DNA from: Phaeosaccion multiseriatum
Taxonomy: Eukaryota > Protista > Ochrophyta, other classes
Assembly: GCA_965112735.1 (NCBI GenBank)
Contig: OZ218957.1
Span: forward strand, 62,001-126,000
DNA: 64,000 nucleotides
Direction of reading: 5' to 3'
The stretch's first letter is position 1; the number at the start of each line of letters is the position of its first letter. The notes beneath the pieces were generated by a model, which did no database searches, was not told the origin of the DNA, and saw nothing but the letters and a program-made list of their open reading frames with translations. This document shows, one piece after another, positions 62,414 to 64,000 of the stretch. The translations under genes were made by a program, and so were the position numbers.

Positions 62414-62789
62414 GAAGCGGCGCCACACACGCCAAATGAAGCAAACCCCAAGGCCACACGCTCAAGCACAGCCCCACGGAAGCGTTTCCAAGGAACAAGC
62501 CCCACGGAAGCATTTCCAAGGAATAGCATCTCTGCGTGTTGCTTGTCAGCGGCAGTGTCCGTTTACTGCGCTGGCGTAACCAGCGGGCTTGTTTTGCAGG
62601 ACCAGGGGGGGGGGGGGAACAGCGAAAGGGAGGCTTCTCCTCTCTCTCTCCCTCTCGATCGCTTGCAGTTTCTGTGCCGGGCTCGCAGCATGTCCTGCTG
62701 CTGCTTCTGTACCACCAACCGCTCCAGCTGCACGGGCGGGGAGGCGCCTCGCCACGCCCTGAGTGTCACAGAAAGGGACGGAGCACTCC

Positions 62790-63574
62790 CTACCTCTTCC
62801 CGCCCCGCTCCTCTTCCTCCTCTTCTTGTCCTCCTCCTCCTCTGCTCGGGCCGTTCCTCTGCCACGGAAACTCTACCCCGAGCCTGTGTTCAATGTCCAG
62901 GGGCGTGGTGCTCGAGTCCAGCCATGGCGTGGCGGAGGGAGGAGTGGAGGACGATGGTGGGGCAGGACTGGGAGCTGCCCCCGCTGCACCTGCCGCATCA
63001 CGGACGGCACTCCCCTCCTTGCTCCTGCTGCTGGGGTTCACTGTGGTTGTTTTTGCTGCTTGCGTGGCAGAGGCTGTGAGCGTTTCGAGCTGACGCAGGC
63101 CATCGGTGGTGAGTACGCGTATTTGAAAGTCGTCGGTGATGAATTGGTATTGGCGGAATTGCCGTGTCACCTCTGCGCGCACCTCCTGGCCGGTGGCGTC
63201 TCCCGCCCTCTCCATGCCGCGTCCGCACTGAATGCGAGGTACGCGCAGGATGCACGCAGACAGGAGGAGGACAAGAATAAGGAAGAAGAAGGGAAGTTGG
63301 AATGATGAGGGTAGGAGGGCGTTCAGAGAAGGCTGTGAGTGAATCGTACTGAGCCAGACAGAAGCAGCAGTCCCTCTTAAATCCTCCTCCTCCTGCTGCT
63401 GCTGCTGCTGCCGCCGCTGCTGCCGCTGCTACCGCTGCTGCGTTTCTCTCTCAGTGTCCCTGCCGCGTCTTGCTCTCATCAGTGCCTCACCTTGAGAAAG
63501 TCTCTGTAGAGCTGTATCACCTGCATCCGCCTCATGAACTGCTTTAGGTCCATCGCATGCCTAACTGGCCTCAT
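62790..63574 (-). CDS. LYR-motif protein (LYRM2-like, likely mitochondrial); exons 63574-63491 and 63227-62790
   Basis: MRPVRHAMDLKQFMRRMQVIQLYRDFLK|...EVTRQFRQYQ...IRVLTTDGLRQLETL. Confidence 0.82.
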
Positions 63575-64000
63575 CTGCGCTCAATTCAAATGGAGTCCTC
63601 GTGTCTCCTTGGCCTTCTCGGGCCGTCTACGACGACTCTGTAGTGCTGTTGGTCGACCAGGCAGCGAAGATCATGTCGAGAAGAGAGAGGGAGAAAAGAG
63701 ATGGAGAAAGGATATCGAGAAAGGGTCAAACCTTCCAGCTGAAACTGAAACTGGGTAGGCGGGAACGAACGCGCGATAATCCGAACGCGGGAGACAACTT
63801 GGGAGCCTTGAGGAGGCGGGAGAGAGAGGGAGTGAGAGAGAGAGAGAGGAAGAGAGGAGGCGGGGGGAGGAAGAGCTGACAGGTGAAAGCGGCCGATGCG
63901 AAGAGAGGACCAGCACAACAACAAGTCTTGCCACGCCGATGGCTGCTGCGGAAGAGAACAGCAGCAGCGGTTGACAGTGACTCCGCACGGCAGCAGAAGC

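Overview
Eukaryotic, GC-rich, intron- and microsatellite-rich nuclear DNA. Bipartite signal+plastid presequences, a SELMA-type derlin and an EEVS suggest a photosynthetic stramenopile (ochrophyte); the taxon is inferred. About 15 protein genes can be pieced together from exons: ankyrin-repeat protein (partial), unknown plastid-targeted protein, ABCA transporter, two intronless 'CPW'-type ankyrin-like paralogues, EMC5/MMGT1, atypical Hsp70 (HSPA14/Ssz1-like), UVR-like+ApaG protein, ciliary-MIP-like repeat protein, symbiont-type derlin, RFT1, SRP72, 2-epi-5-epi-valiolone synthase, a BIVM/C39-like papain-fold protein and a LYR protein. Most are arranged head-to-head. Non-genic features are two MITE-like elements with TIRs and TSDs, dispersed repeats and minisatellites. 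The most striking observation is a 12-15 bp motif (CTGTAYCACCARCT) recurring about 15 times on both strands in exons (different frames), introns and 3' flanks. Exon boundaries were read by eye and may be off by a few bases. No tRNA, rRNA or CRISPR array was recognised.
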